Part shown: in pieces, positions 8,983 to 16,262 of the stretch
Layout: every line of letters begins with the position of its first letter
How positions within the stretch are numbered: the first letter of the stretch is position 1
Assembly (NCBI RefSeq): GCF_000039765.1
Contig: NC_004460.2
Span: 1,050,001-1,082,000, forward strand
From: Vibrio vulnificus CMCP6
GTDB taxonomy: Bacteria; Pseudomonadota; Gammaproteobacteria; Enterobacterales; Vibrionaceae
Direction: 5' to 3'
Length of the DNA: 32,000 bases
Notes under the pieces: model-generated
Databases searched by the model: none
Told to the model about the DNA's origin: nothing
The model's input: only the letters and a program-made list of their open reading frames with translations
Made by a program: the position numbers and the translations under genes

Positions 8983-9167
8983 TTCATCAGGAAAAACATA
9001 GATCACTTAAATAATTGACAACATCAATGCCATGACGCGCTTTTGACGTCCTGACAAATATTTTGCACCAGCTAGACAGCTCTTTACGTAGCTTGACGGA
9101 TTCTTTACATACAAATCTCTACTATGGATCAGGTAATCACAACCAAGCCCATATAGAGGTGAACATC

Positions 9168-9515
9168 ATGAAAAAAATGATTCTGCTTGCTACAGCGTTA
9201 ACACTAAGCTCTACTGTCTTTGCATCCGTTGAAACTCAAATTGGCGAAACGTCTCTTCACACGGATACGTTCGCAAACAAACAAGCTGCCTATGATGCAG
9301 GTTTGATGAAAGCACAAGAGCTGCGTGCCATGACACCCACTGAACTGACGCACGAGCTTTCCGTATTTAGCCAACGCCCTGTTTACGATTCACTGAAAAT
9401 CTCAGACATTGAAGTGAAAGTGGAAGAGTTTGCGAAAGAAAGCGGCAAAGTGGCTTACCGCGCGATTGTCGATGTTGACTACCAATACCAATATCGCGAA
9501 AGCGGCAATAGCTAG
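9168..9515 (+). CDS. Small secreted protein of unknown function, 115 aa (paralogue of 21062..21442; I recall this Vibrio family as DUF3316, unverified)
   Basis: ATG at 9168 follows AGAGGTGA. The signal peptide is MKKMILLATALTLSSTVFA. It shares QAAYDAG, (S/T)P-x-EL and a V-x-V-x-YQY-x2-R-x3-NS C-terminus with the 21062 gene. The longer track ORF (9063) starts at TTG with no RBS. Confidence 0.7.
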   Translation: MKKMILLATALTLSSTVFASVETQIGETSLHTDTFANKQAAYDAGLMKAQELRAMTPTELTHELSVFSQRPVYDSLKISDIEVKVEEFAKESGKVAYRAIVDVDYQYQYRESGNS

Positions 9516-9676
9516 GTTCTAGGTTCTAGGTTCTAGGTTCTAGGTTCTAGGTTCTAGGTTCTAGGTTCTAGGTTCTAGGTTCTAGGTTCTAGGTTCTAGG
9601 TTCTAGGTTCTAGGTTCTAGGTTCTAGGTTCTAGGTTCTAGGTTCTAGGTTCTAGGTTCTAGGTTCTAGGTTCTAG
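9513..9676. repeat. Perfect heptanucleotide tandem array (TAGGTTC), 23 copies plus a partial copy
   Basis: Read directly and the phase was checked across line breaks. The first TAG is the stop codon of the 9168..9515 gene. Every unit contains CTAG and gives stop codons in all frames on both strands. Confidence 0.95.
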
Positions 9677-9780
9677 CAGCTAGTCTCTACTTCCTAGTTG
9701 CTAATTTCTAGTCCCTCGTACCTAATTTCTAGTCCCTCGTACCTCGCTTCCTAGTTCCTAGTTCCTAGGTTCCTAATTCC
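9677..9780. repeat. Degenerate 7-nt-periodic tail of the array, including a 21-bp (3-unit) duplication
   Basis: The units tagcagc, tagtctc, tacttcc, tagttgc, taatttc, tagtccc and tcgtacc keep the 7-nt register. TAATTTCTAGTCCCTCGTACC occurs twice in tandem (9702-9722 and 9723-9743). Confidence 0.75.
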
Positions 9781-9786
9781 AACAAA

Positions 9787-9816
9787 GGGGCACTCATTTG
9801 AGTGCCCCTTTCTTTT
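9787..9816. terminator. Bidirectional Rho-independent terminator between the small secreted protein gene and lhgO
   Basis: GGGGCACTC (attt) GAGTGCCCC is followed by TTTCTTTT on the + strand and by TTTGTT on the - strand. Confidence 0.75.
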
Positions 9817-9839
9817 AAGCTTGATGTTGAATTTCCGCC

Positions 9840-11042
9840 TTAAAGCTTCGCTTCAACTTTATTGCAGATGTACTCTCCAATTGGCATCGCCGATGTCGCC
9901 GCAGGTGAAGGCGCATTGCACACATGTAAGCTGCGTGGACTTTCGGCAAAGAGAAAATCGTGCACCAATGAACCGTCTGAGAGCACTGCTTGGGCGCGAA
10001 TCCCAGCGGGATAAGGCTGCAAGTCTTCAACTTGGATCATCGGACAATACTTGTTCACCAATTTGAGATACCCCGCCTTCCACCAAGAGTTAATAAACTC
10101 TTTCACCCCAGTGGCAAAGTGCTGTTTGGTCACCTTCCAAAACCCAGCAAAGCGCATCATTTGCCAAGTGTCTTGAATGCTGAAATTGACTCGGCCATAG
10201 CCTTCGCGTTTCCAGCCTTGCACCGCATTCGGCCCCACCGTCACAGAGCCATCAATCATGCGCGTTAAATGCACGCCCAAAAATGGCAAATCCGGATCAG
10301 GGATCGGGTAAATCAGATGTTTCACCACTTGGTTGTGCTTGCTAGGTAACTGGTAGTATTCACCGCGATAGGGGATGATCTGAAAGTCCGTCTCAATACC
10401 CAGCATCTTGGTCAATCGGTCCGCCATCAGCCCGCCGCAGGAAATCAAAAAGCGCCCGTTAAGCTGCAACGTCTCTCCCGCGCACTCGCAGGTAACTTGC
10501 ACTTCATCCGCATGCTCTTCAAGCGCGATCACCTTAGCGTTGAGGCGCACCTCTCCTCCTAAATCCACCAGCTCCTGCGCCATTTTTTCCGTCACCAAAC
10601 GGTAGTCGACAATACTGGTGGACTTCACGTAAATGGCCCCTAAACCGACAATATTGGGCTCCGCCAGTTTCAATTGCGCAGCGTCGAGCAGCTCGACCTC
10701 GATGCCATTCACATGGCAGCGCTCATAAAGCGCATTCATTCTTTCCACTTCTGCGGCCGTCGTCGCCACCAGCAACTTGCCACAGTTTTCAACCGGAATC
10801 TGATGCTTGGCGCAAAATGCCTTGGTGGCTTCCACGCCGCGTTTACAGAAATCCGCTTTTAGACTGCCCGGCGCATAATAAACCCCGGCGTGAATCACGC
10901 CGCTGTTATGCCCCGTTTGGTGACGAGCAAAGCCCGATTCCTTTTCGACCAACAACACCGATTTTTCTGGATAACGCTGCTGCAATTGCCAAGCCGTTGA
11001 GACCCCAACAATCCCGCCACCCACAACAATAAAATCGTACAC
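9840..11042 (-). CDS. lhgO: L-2-hydroxyglutarate oxidase/dehydrogenase (FAD-dependent), 400 aa
   Basis: Near-colinear similarity to recalled E. coli LhgO/YgaF: MYDF--(V/I)[68 protein letters not shown], PAG(I/V)RAQAV and [11 protein letters not shown]. The start is GTG, with GGGAG 7 nt upstream. Confidence 0.9.
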   Translation of the reverse strand: [400 protein letters not shown]

Positions 11043-11079
11043 TTCACTACTCCCTTTTCATTCAGGATGCGTATTTGCA

Positions 11080-11102
11080 CTGCGCTCAAACGATGAGCGC
11101 AG
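11080..11102 (-). other. Perfect 9-bp stem-loop between the TRAP permease stop and lhgO
   Basis: CTGCGCTCA (aacga) TGAGCGCAG with no U-tract. It is more likely an intercistronic stability or processing hairpin than a full terminator. Confidence 0.45.
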
Positions 11103-11107
11103 GAAAA

Positions 11108-13228
11108 TTAAGAAACCGCTGCCGCTTGTTGCGCCTGATATTGGCGACCACTGTACACGAAAATGACGGCGAATATGATGAGTGATGCCACACGTAACCA
11201 AAGTGGTACATCATGCCACACCATCAACGCGCCAGAAGCAGCAAGCGCGAGGCGCAGCAGCCAATTGATTTGACCTTCTAAATAGCCTTCCAGTGCGCCA
11301 ATCAAGGCATAGGTGCCAAAAATGGCGAAGAATCCCGTCATCAGCACCGTGGTCACGTCCCAACTTACCAAGCCGGTATAGGCGATGAGTAGCGGCACAA
11401 GATAGAGCCCTTTGGCGATTTTCCACGCGGTAAGCCCGGTGCGCATCGGCGGTGTTTTGGCGATGGTAGCAGCAGCAAACGCGGTTAAGCACACAGGTGG
11501 GGTAACGTTGCTGTCTTGTGAAAGCCAGAAAATAATCAAATGTGCGGCTAAAAGTGCCAAACCTACGGCTTCTATACCCAAACTTTGCTGAAGCAAGGTT
11601 TCTTTGAAATCGACGGGCACCAAAGCCAGCATCTCTTTCGCGGTCTCGATGGCCATAGGGGCATTGAGCAAATCGAGCTTATCGGGCGCAGCGAGCATGA
11701 AAATCGCTTTCGCTTGTTCCGGCAATTGCCCCGCAGACATCAAGCTCAACAGCTGGTTTTCCGCAATCAATTGATACAACGCAGGAGCAGAAAGGGTACC
11801 CAGCACAATGTAAGCCGCGGTAACCGGTAGGCCCATGCCCAACACCAGTGAAGCCAATGCAATCAGCACTAGCATGATCAACAAATCTCCCTGCGACCAA
11901 CCGTTGATCATCAATGAGAAGGTATTGCCAATCCCGGTGGTGCTGATCACGTTGATCACCAAGCCAATGCCCACCAGCAAGACCGCGGTGGTCGCCATGT
12001 TTTTTGCCCCTTGGGCAAGTGCTTCGATGATCTCTTTGGGGCCCATTTTGTGATCTTTTGAGAACCAAGACGCCACCACCACCGAAAGGATAGACAAACC
12101 CGCCGCGTAGGTCGGAGTAAAGCCCTGCACCAGGAGCGTAACCAGTACCACCAGTGGGATCAGATTATGCCAACCCGACAGCAGTACCTTGCCCAATGAC
12201 TCATCACTGGTGGTGATCTTCTGCACGCCGCTGCGTTTGGCTTCGATGCGCACGAAAAATGCCACCGACAAAAAGTAAATCAGTGCCGGAACAAACGACA
12301 CCGCGACAATATCGACATAAGGAATTTGTGTGTAAGAGGCCATAATGAATGCCCCCGCCCCCATCACCGGAGGCATCAACTGCCCACCCGTTGACGCCGC
12401 GGCTTCTACCCCTGCGGCAAAGCGCGATGGAAAGCCCGCTTTTTGCATCAGCGGAATGCTGATCACGCCTGTCGAAACGGTATTGGCGACACTAGATCCC
12501 GACACCGAGCCCATCAACCCAGAACCCAGAACCGCAATAAAACCGGGGCCACCGATGATTTTGCCCGCCGCCGCACGTGAAACGTTGATGATGTAATCCC
12601 CCACGCCTGATTTCACCAAAAACGCGCCAAAGAGGATGAACATGAATACGAAGGTCCAACTGATGCGTGAAATAGAACCAAACATCCCTTCTGAGGAGAA
12701 GAAACTACGGTAGAGCAGGGTTTCCATGCTCAAACCGGGGAAATGGAAAATGCCACCCGCCCATTTGCCCCACCACACCACGTAGCTCAAACAGATGACG
12801 ATCAAAACCGGGATAAACCAGCCCATGGTGCGACGAATGATCTCAATCGCAATCAAAATCGCGGTAATAGAAACCACCCAATCCGAGGCGACAAATTTCA
12901 CGCCACGCTGGTATAAGGCATCTTCCGCAAAGGGGATATAAATCAAACACGCCAGTGCGGCGATGCCAATCAGCACATCCACCGCTAACGCAATACGGCT
13001 GCGCTTCAAACTGGCGTGCGCTGGGTACCACAGCAAGCATATCAGCGCAAAGCCGGCGAAATGGGTCGCGGAGATCCACAGTTCCGGCAAGGTCGATAAA
13101 GTATTGAACCAAATATGCAGCAGAGAAAGCACCACACCAATGCCGGTGATGGCGGCGGTTACCCACGGAAAATCCGTTCGTGTCGGTAACTCAAACTGCT
13201 GCAACTGTTGTTGTAAAGAATCACTCAT
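11108..13228 (-). CDS. TRAP transporter fused small/large permease (TAXI-associated 4TM/12TM fusion), ~706 aa
   Basis: Very hydrophobic polytopic protein of the size typical for fused DctQM-like permeases found next to TAXI receptors. I chose the ATG at 13228 (MSDSLQQQLQQF...) because GGAG lies 8 nt upstream. The track ORF extends to 13285. Confidence 0.85.
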   Translation of the reverse strand: MSDSLQQQLQQFELPTRTDFPWVTAAITGIGVVLSLLHIWFNTLSTLPELWISATHFAGFALICLLWYPAHASLKRSRIALAVDVLIGIAALACLIYIPFAEDALYQRGVKFVASDWVVSITAILIAIEIIRRTMGWFIPVLIVICLSYVVWWGKWAGGIFHFPGLSMETLLYRSFFSSEGMFGSISRISWTFVFMFILFGAFLVKSGVGDYIINVSRAAAGKIIGGPGFIAVLGSGLMGSVSGSSVANTVSTGVISIPLMQKAGFPSRFAAGVEAAASTGGQLMPPVMGAGAFIMASYTQIPYVDIVAVSFVPALIYFLSVAFFVRIEAKRSGVQKITTSDESLGKVLLSGWHNLIPLVVLVTLLVQGFTPTYAAGLSILSVVVASWFSKDHKMGPKEIIEALAQGAKNMATTAVLLVGIGLVINVISTTGIGNTFSLMINGWSQGDLLIMLVLIALASLVLGMGLPVTAAYIVLGTLSAPALYQLIAENQLLSLMSAGQLPEQAKAIFMLAAPDKLDLLNAPMAIETAKEMLALVPVDFKETLLQQSLGIEAVGLALLAAHLIIFWLSQDSNVTPPVCLTAFAAATIAKTPPMRTGLTAWKIAKGLYLVPLLIAYTGLVSWDVTTVLMTGFFAIFGTYALIGALEGYLEGQINWLLRLALAASGALMVWHDVPLWLRVASLIIFAVIFVYSGRQYQAQQAAAVS

Positions 13229-13269
13229 GGTCAGACTCCGAGGGAACAAGAAACAATAACAAGCCTTAC

Positions 13270-13293
13270 GCCCACCAATGTTCATTGGTGGGC
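13270..13293 (-). other. Intercistronic 10-bp stem-loop between the receptor and permease genes
   Basis: GCCCACCAAT (gttc) ATTGGTGGGC, a perfect stem with no U-tract. This is a position where hairpins commonly raise receptor:permease expression ratios. Confidence 0.55.
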
Positions 13294-13301
13294 AAAGTCG
13301 G

Positions 13302-14312
13302 TTACTTGCTCATCAGAGCATCAGGAATGGTGATGCCCACTTCTTTGTAGTAACGCGCCGCGCCTGGGTGCAGCGGCAGCGGAAGACCCGCAATCGCTTT
13401 TTCTATCGCCATCGCTTTGGTTGCTTTATGGATGCCTTGTAGGAAGGTCAGGTTTTCGTAGATCGCTTTGGTGAGCTGGTAAACGTCTTCATCGGAAATG
13501 TCATCGCGTACCGCAAGGAAGTTGGGCTGAGCGATGGTCGTCACTGGTTTATCCACACCTGGGTAAGTGTTGGCTGGGATGACGTACTTAGTCCAAAGCT
13601 GATATTTGCCATTGGCTTGTTTGATTTGCTCATCGGTAAACGAAAGGAGCTGGATATCGTTCCCCAATGCAGCAAATGCTTGTGTTACCGCGCCCACTGG
13701 CACGCCAGCCGGGGTATTCATACCATCGATGGTGCCATTTTGCATCGCACTCGCACTCGCGCCATAGCCCATGTATGCCAGATTGAACTCATCCGGGTTC
13801 ACACCTAAACCCGACATAATTTGGCGACCCGAGTTTTCTGTCCCGGAGTTTTTGGTACCAATAGAAAACTTCTTATCTTTCATATTGTTCAGATCGGCCA
13901 CTGTGCCAGAGCTGGTCAGGTCGCTGCGTACAATAAAGTGTTCGACGTTTTGCCACAGCATGGAGACTGAACGCAGTTTGGTTTGCGGGCCGCTTTGCGC
14001 GTATGGGCCATCACCTGTTGAAGCCCAAGCGCCATAAAGACCTTGTAGGATGGCAAACTGCGCTTCGTTGTCGTTCATTAGCTTGATGTTTTCGCCTGAT
14101 CCCGCCGAGCTGATCGCAGAGAGAGAAAACTTGTATTGTGGCTCAAGCTTCACTTTGCTTAGCGTTGCCAGTGCCACCCCTACCGGATAATACGTCCCGC
14201 CCGTCGAGGCTGTGGCCAAAATATAGCTGCGGTTATCTGCGGCAGCGACATTGCTGGCCGAGAAACAGACCATGGCGACAGCGAGAGATTTCATCAATAG
14301 GTTCTTTTTCAT
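13302..14312 (-). CDS. TAXI-family TRAP transporter solute receptor (periplasmic binding protein), ~336 aa
   Basis: ATG at 14312 with GGAG upstream. The signal peptide is MKKNLLMKSLAVAMVCFSASNVAA. The mature start ...YILATASTGGTYYPVGVALA... is the TAXI hallmark (TGGTYYP), and the ending PLHPGAARYYKE is also typical of TAXI. Confidence 0.85.
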   Translation of the reverse strand: MKKNLLMKSLAVAMVCFSASNVAAADNRSYILATASTGGTYYPVGVALATLSKVKLEPQYKFSLSAISSAGSGENIKLMNDNEAQFAILQGLYGAWASTGDGPYAQSGPQTKLRSVSMLWQNVEHFIVRSDLTSSGTVADLNNMKDKKFSIGTKNSGTENSGRQIMSGLGVNPDEFNLAYMGYGASASAMQNGTIDGMNTPAGVPVGAVTQAFAALGNDIQLLSFTDEQIKQANGKYQLWTKYVIPANTYPGVDKPVTTIAQPNFLAVRDDISDEDVYQLTKAIYENLTFLQGIHKATKAMAIEKAIAGLPLPLHPGAARYYKEVGITIPDALMSK

Positions 14313-14366
14313 GGTTACACTCCGTTGTAGGGTAGTTGTTATGGTTTTGTTACCTACAGCCTTAGA

Positions 14367-14381
14367 GCAAACAAGATGCCA
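14367..14381 (-). promoter_or_regulatory. Sigma-54 (-24/-12) promoter for the TAXI / permease / lhgO genes
   Basis: The minus strand reads TGGCAT-cttgt-TTGCT, which matches TGGCAC-N5-TTGCW at all but one position. It lies ~55 nt upstream of the ATG at 14312 and immediately downstream of a sigma-54 activator gene. Confidence 0.7.
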
Positions 14382-14464
14382 GTTTTTAAGTGATTGATAT
14401 ATAAACGACACATGATAATAAATCAGTAAAATGAGCAACATTTGGCTGATTTACTCTGCTGAAG

Positions 14465-14484
14465 ATGAGCAAGATCTTGCTTAT
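14465..14484. promoter_or_regulatory. Candidate enhancer (UAS) site 1 for the adjacent sigma-54 activator
   Basis: ATGAGCAA-gatc-TTGCTTAT is a near-perfect palindrome ~90-100 bp upstream of the -24 element. It has the same half-sites as site 2. Confidence 0.55.
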
Positions 14485-14608
14485 TGGTGATGAGAACCAG
14501 AAACCATAAAGTAACATTAAATCAAATGGTTAACCAAAATAGAGAGTAAGCCGTTCGCTTGTGAATTCGTACTTCGTGATCAAGGTTATAAAATTGTTAA
14601 CAATGGCA

Positions 14609-14628
14609 ATGAGCAAAATCTTGCTCAT
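14609..14628. promoter_or_regulatory. Candidate enhancer (UAS) site 2
   Basis: ATGAGCAA-aatc-TTGCTCAT is a perfect 8+4+8 palindrome ~235 bp upstream of the -24 element. Extra half-sites are ATGAGCAA at 14431-14438 and TGCTCAT at 14647-14653. Confidence 0.55.
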
Positions 14629-14747
14629 TGCTTGCCTCTGATTATCTGCTCATTTGATCGTCAGCTTATCGATTGTCTACGCATCTCTTTGTCTGATCAT
14701 CTCTTTGTTTGATCAAGAACAGACGCGATCGACTCGTTCGGCAGAAA

Positions 14748-16124
14748 TCAGCTGTCGGTGTAATCGGCGCGATTCAGACCGAGCTTCTGCATTTTTTGGT
14801 TGAGGGTGCGACGAGGAAGATCAAGCTCGTTCATCACCTCCAAAATGCTGCCTTGGTGGCGCACTAAAGCATCGTGAATCACCTTGCGCTCAAAATTGTG
14901 CAGTTGGATGGCCAGCGGCACACCGACGGGCAAGCTCTCTTGCACCATCGCCGCGCGGCTCGAAAGGATCTCCATCACCGACAAGCTCTCATCCAGCGCA
15001 AAACGCACCGCGACATTGCGCAGCTCACGCACATTGCCCGGCCACGCATAGCTTAACAACGCGCGCGAATCGGCAGCGCTGAGCCGACGCTTATTCGGGT
15101 TCGCTTGCGCAGCAAAATGCTCAAACAGCAGCAATGCGTCTTCCTCTCGCTCACGCAATGGCGGCAAGTGCAACTGCGCCACATTGAGACGATAAAACAG
15201 ATCCTGACGAAAAGCGGGATGGTTAAACAAGTTCTCCTTCGCTGCCGCCACCACGCGTAAATCCACATTTACTGGCCGGTTGGCACCCACACGCTCCACC
15301 TGATTTTCTTGCAAACTGCGCAGCACTTTGACTTGCATCGCCATCGGCATGCTTTCAATTTCGTCCATAAACAGGGTGCCTTTATCGGCATACTCAAGCT
15401 TGCCAATGCGGCGCTTACTGGCGCCCGTAAACGCGCCAGCCTCATGACCAAACAGCTCGCTTTCAAAGAGATTTTCCGGAATCGCGCCACAGTTGATGGC
15501 AACAAACGGATTGGCTCGTCGTGCGCTTTCAGTATGTAAGCTGCGCGCCACCAACTCCTTTCCGGTTCCCGTTTCGCCATAGATGATCACATTGGTGTCC
15601 ATGCTGGCTACGCGGGCGACTTGCTCACGTAACTGGCGCATGATCGCGCTTTGACCAATCAAGACCTGCTCAATGCCACTGAGCTGCTGCAGATAGTGGC
15701 TGCGGTTGCCATAGTCTGCTTGCTGCTGATATTCGCTCACCGCGCGCTGCAGTGTCGACGCGAGGCGATCAGGATTAAACGGTTTCTCAATGAAATCGTA
15801 CGCGCCATTTTGCAACGCCTTCACCGCCATATCGACATCGCCATGCCCAGTGACCAAGATGATTGGGCAGCCTACTTGTTCTCGCTGCAACTCGGCCAGC
15901 AGCGTGATGCCATCCAAATCCGGCAAACGCACATCGCTGACGATACCGTCAAAATCGCCGGTTTTGATCGCCGCAAGGGCTGGGAGGCCATGACTAAATG
16001 CCTCAACGTGGAAGCCGGCCAGTTGCAACCATTGGGCGGTTGCTTGGCGGACGATTTCATCGTCTTCAATCAGGGCGATATGGGGGAAAGAAACTGCATC
16101 CATCGAGAAATACCACTTGTCCAT
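14748..16124 (-). CDS. Sigma-54-dependent response regulator (NtrC/DctD family): REC, AAA+, HTH
   Basis: REC (IALIEDDEIVRQ...VSDVRLPDLDG). AAA+ Walker A GETGTGKE. Sigma-54 contact loop GAFTGA and ESELFGHE. C-terminal HTH. The start is uncertain, either ATG 16124 (AGGA 12 nt upstream) or ATG 16103. The track ORF start at 16250 would run into the divergent kinase promoter region. Confidence 0.85.
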   Translation of the reverse strand: MDKWYFSMDAVSFPHIALIEDDEIVRQATAQWLQLAGFHVEAFSHGLPALAAIKTGDFDGIVSDVRLPDLDGITLLAELQREQVGCPIILVTGHGDVDMAVKALQNGAYDFIEKPFNPDRLASTLQRAVSEYQQQADYGNRSHYLQQLSGIEQVLIGQSAIMRQLREQVARVASMDTNVIIYGETGTGKELVARSLHTESARRANPFVAINCGAIPENLFESELFGHEAGAFTGASKRRIGKLEYADKGTLFMDEIESMPMAMQVKVLRSLQENQVERVGANRPVNVDLRVVAAAKENLFNHPAFRQDLFYRLNVAQLHLPPLREREEDALLLFEHFAAQANPNKRRLSAADSRALLSYAWPGNVRELRNVAVRFALDESLSVMEILSSRAAMVQESLPVGVPLAIQLHNFERKVIHDALVRHQGSILEVMNELDLPRRTLNQKMQKLGLNRADYTDS

Positions 16125-16262
16125 CGTGTCAAATTTTCCTGCTGCTACGTTAGCAAAAAGCGCCGAAGGGAAAAGGAGCTGGATCTCACTTCTCAACAAC
16201 AAAGCTTTAACAAACCCAACAAGCAGAGCAATCTTGGGCCAAACAAGCAAGGAGGCAACGCG

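Noticed and set aside
9001-9100. Full CusR box upstream of the first small secreted protein gene
   Set aside because: Only a half-site (TGACAAAT) and scattered TGAC motifs are present. The second half does not match TTGTCAT at any spacing from 2 to 4 nt.
9513-9780. Heptamer array considered as a CRISPR array or a coding repeat
   Set aside because: The unit is 7 bp with no spacers, so it is not CRISPR. Every unit contains stop codons in all six frames, so it cannot encode a repeat protein.
11211-12068. 93- and 129-aa ORFs in alternative frames inside the TRAP permease gene
   Set aside because: They are Arg- and His-rich out-of-frame products on the same strand, nested in a clearly coding hydrophobic gene.
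14313-14441. 43-codon N-terminal extension of the TAXI receptor ORF
   Set aside because: It would run through the sigma-54 promoter. The signal peptide and GGAG RBS begin at ATG 14312.
15651-16262. 204-codon N-terminal extension of the sensor kinase ORF (track 15651..18323)
   Set aside because: It is entirely antisense to the sigma-54 regulator gene. The real kinase starts at ATG 16263, with AAGGAGG upstream and a TM segment immediately after.
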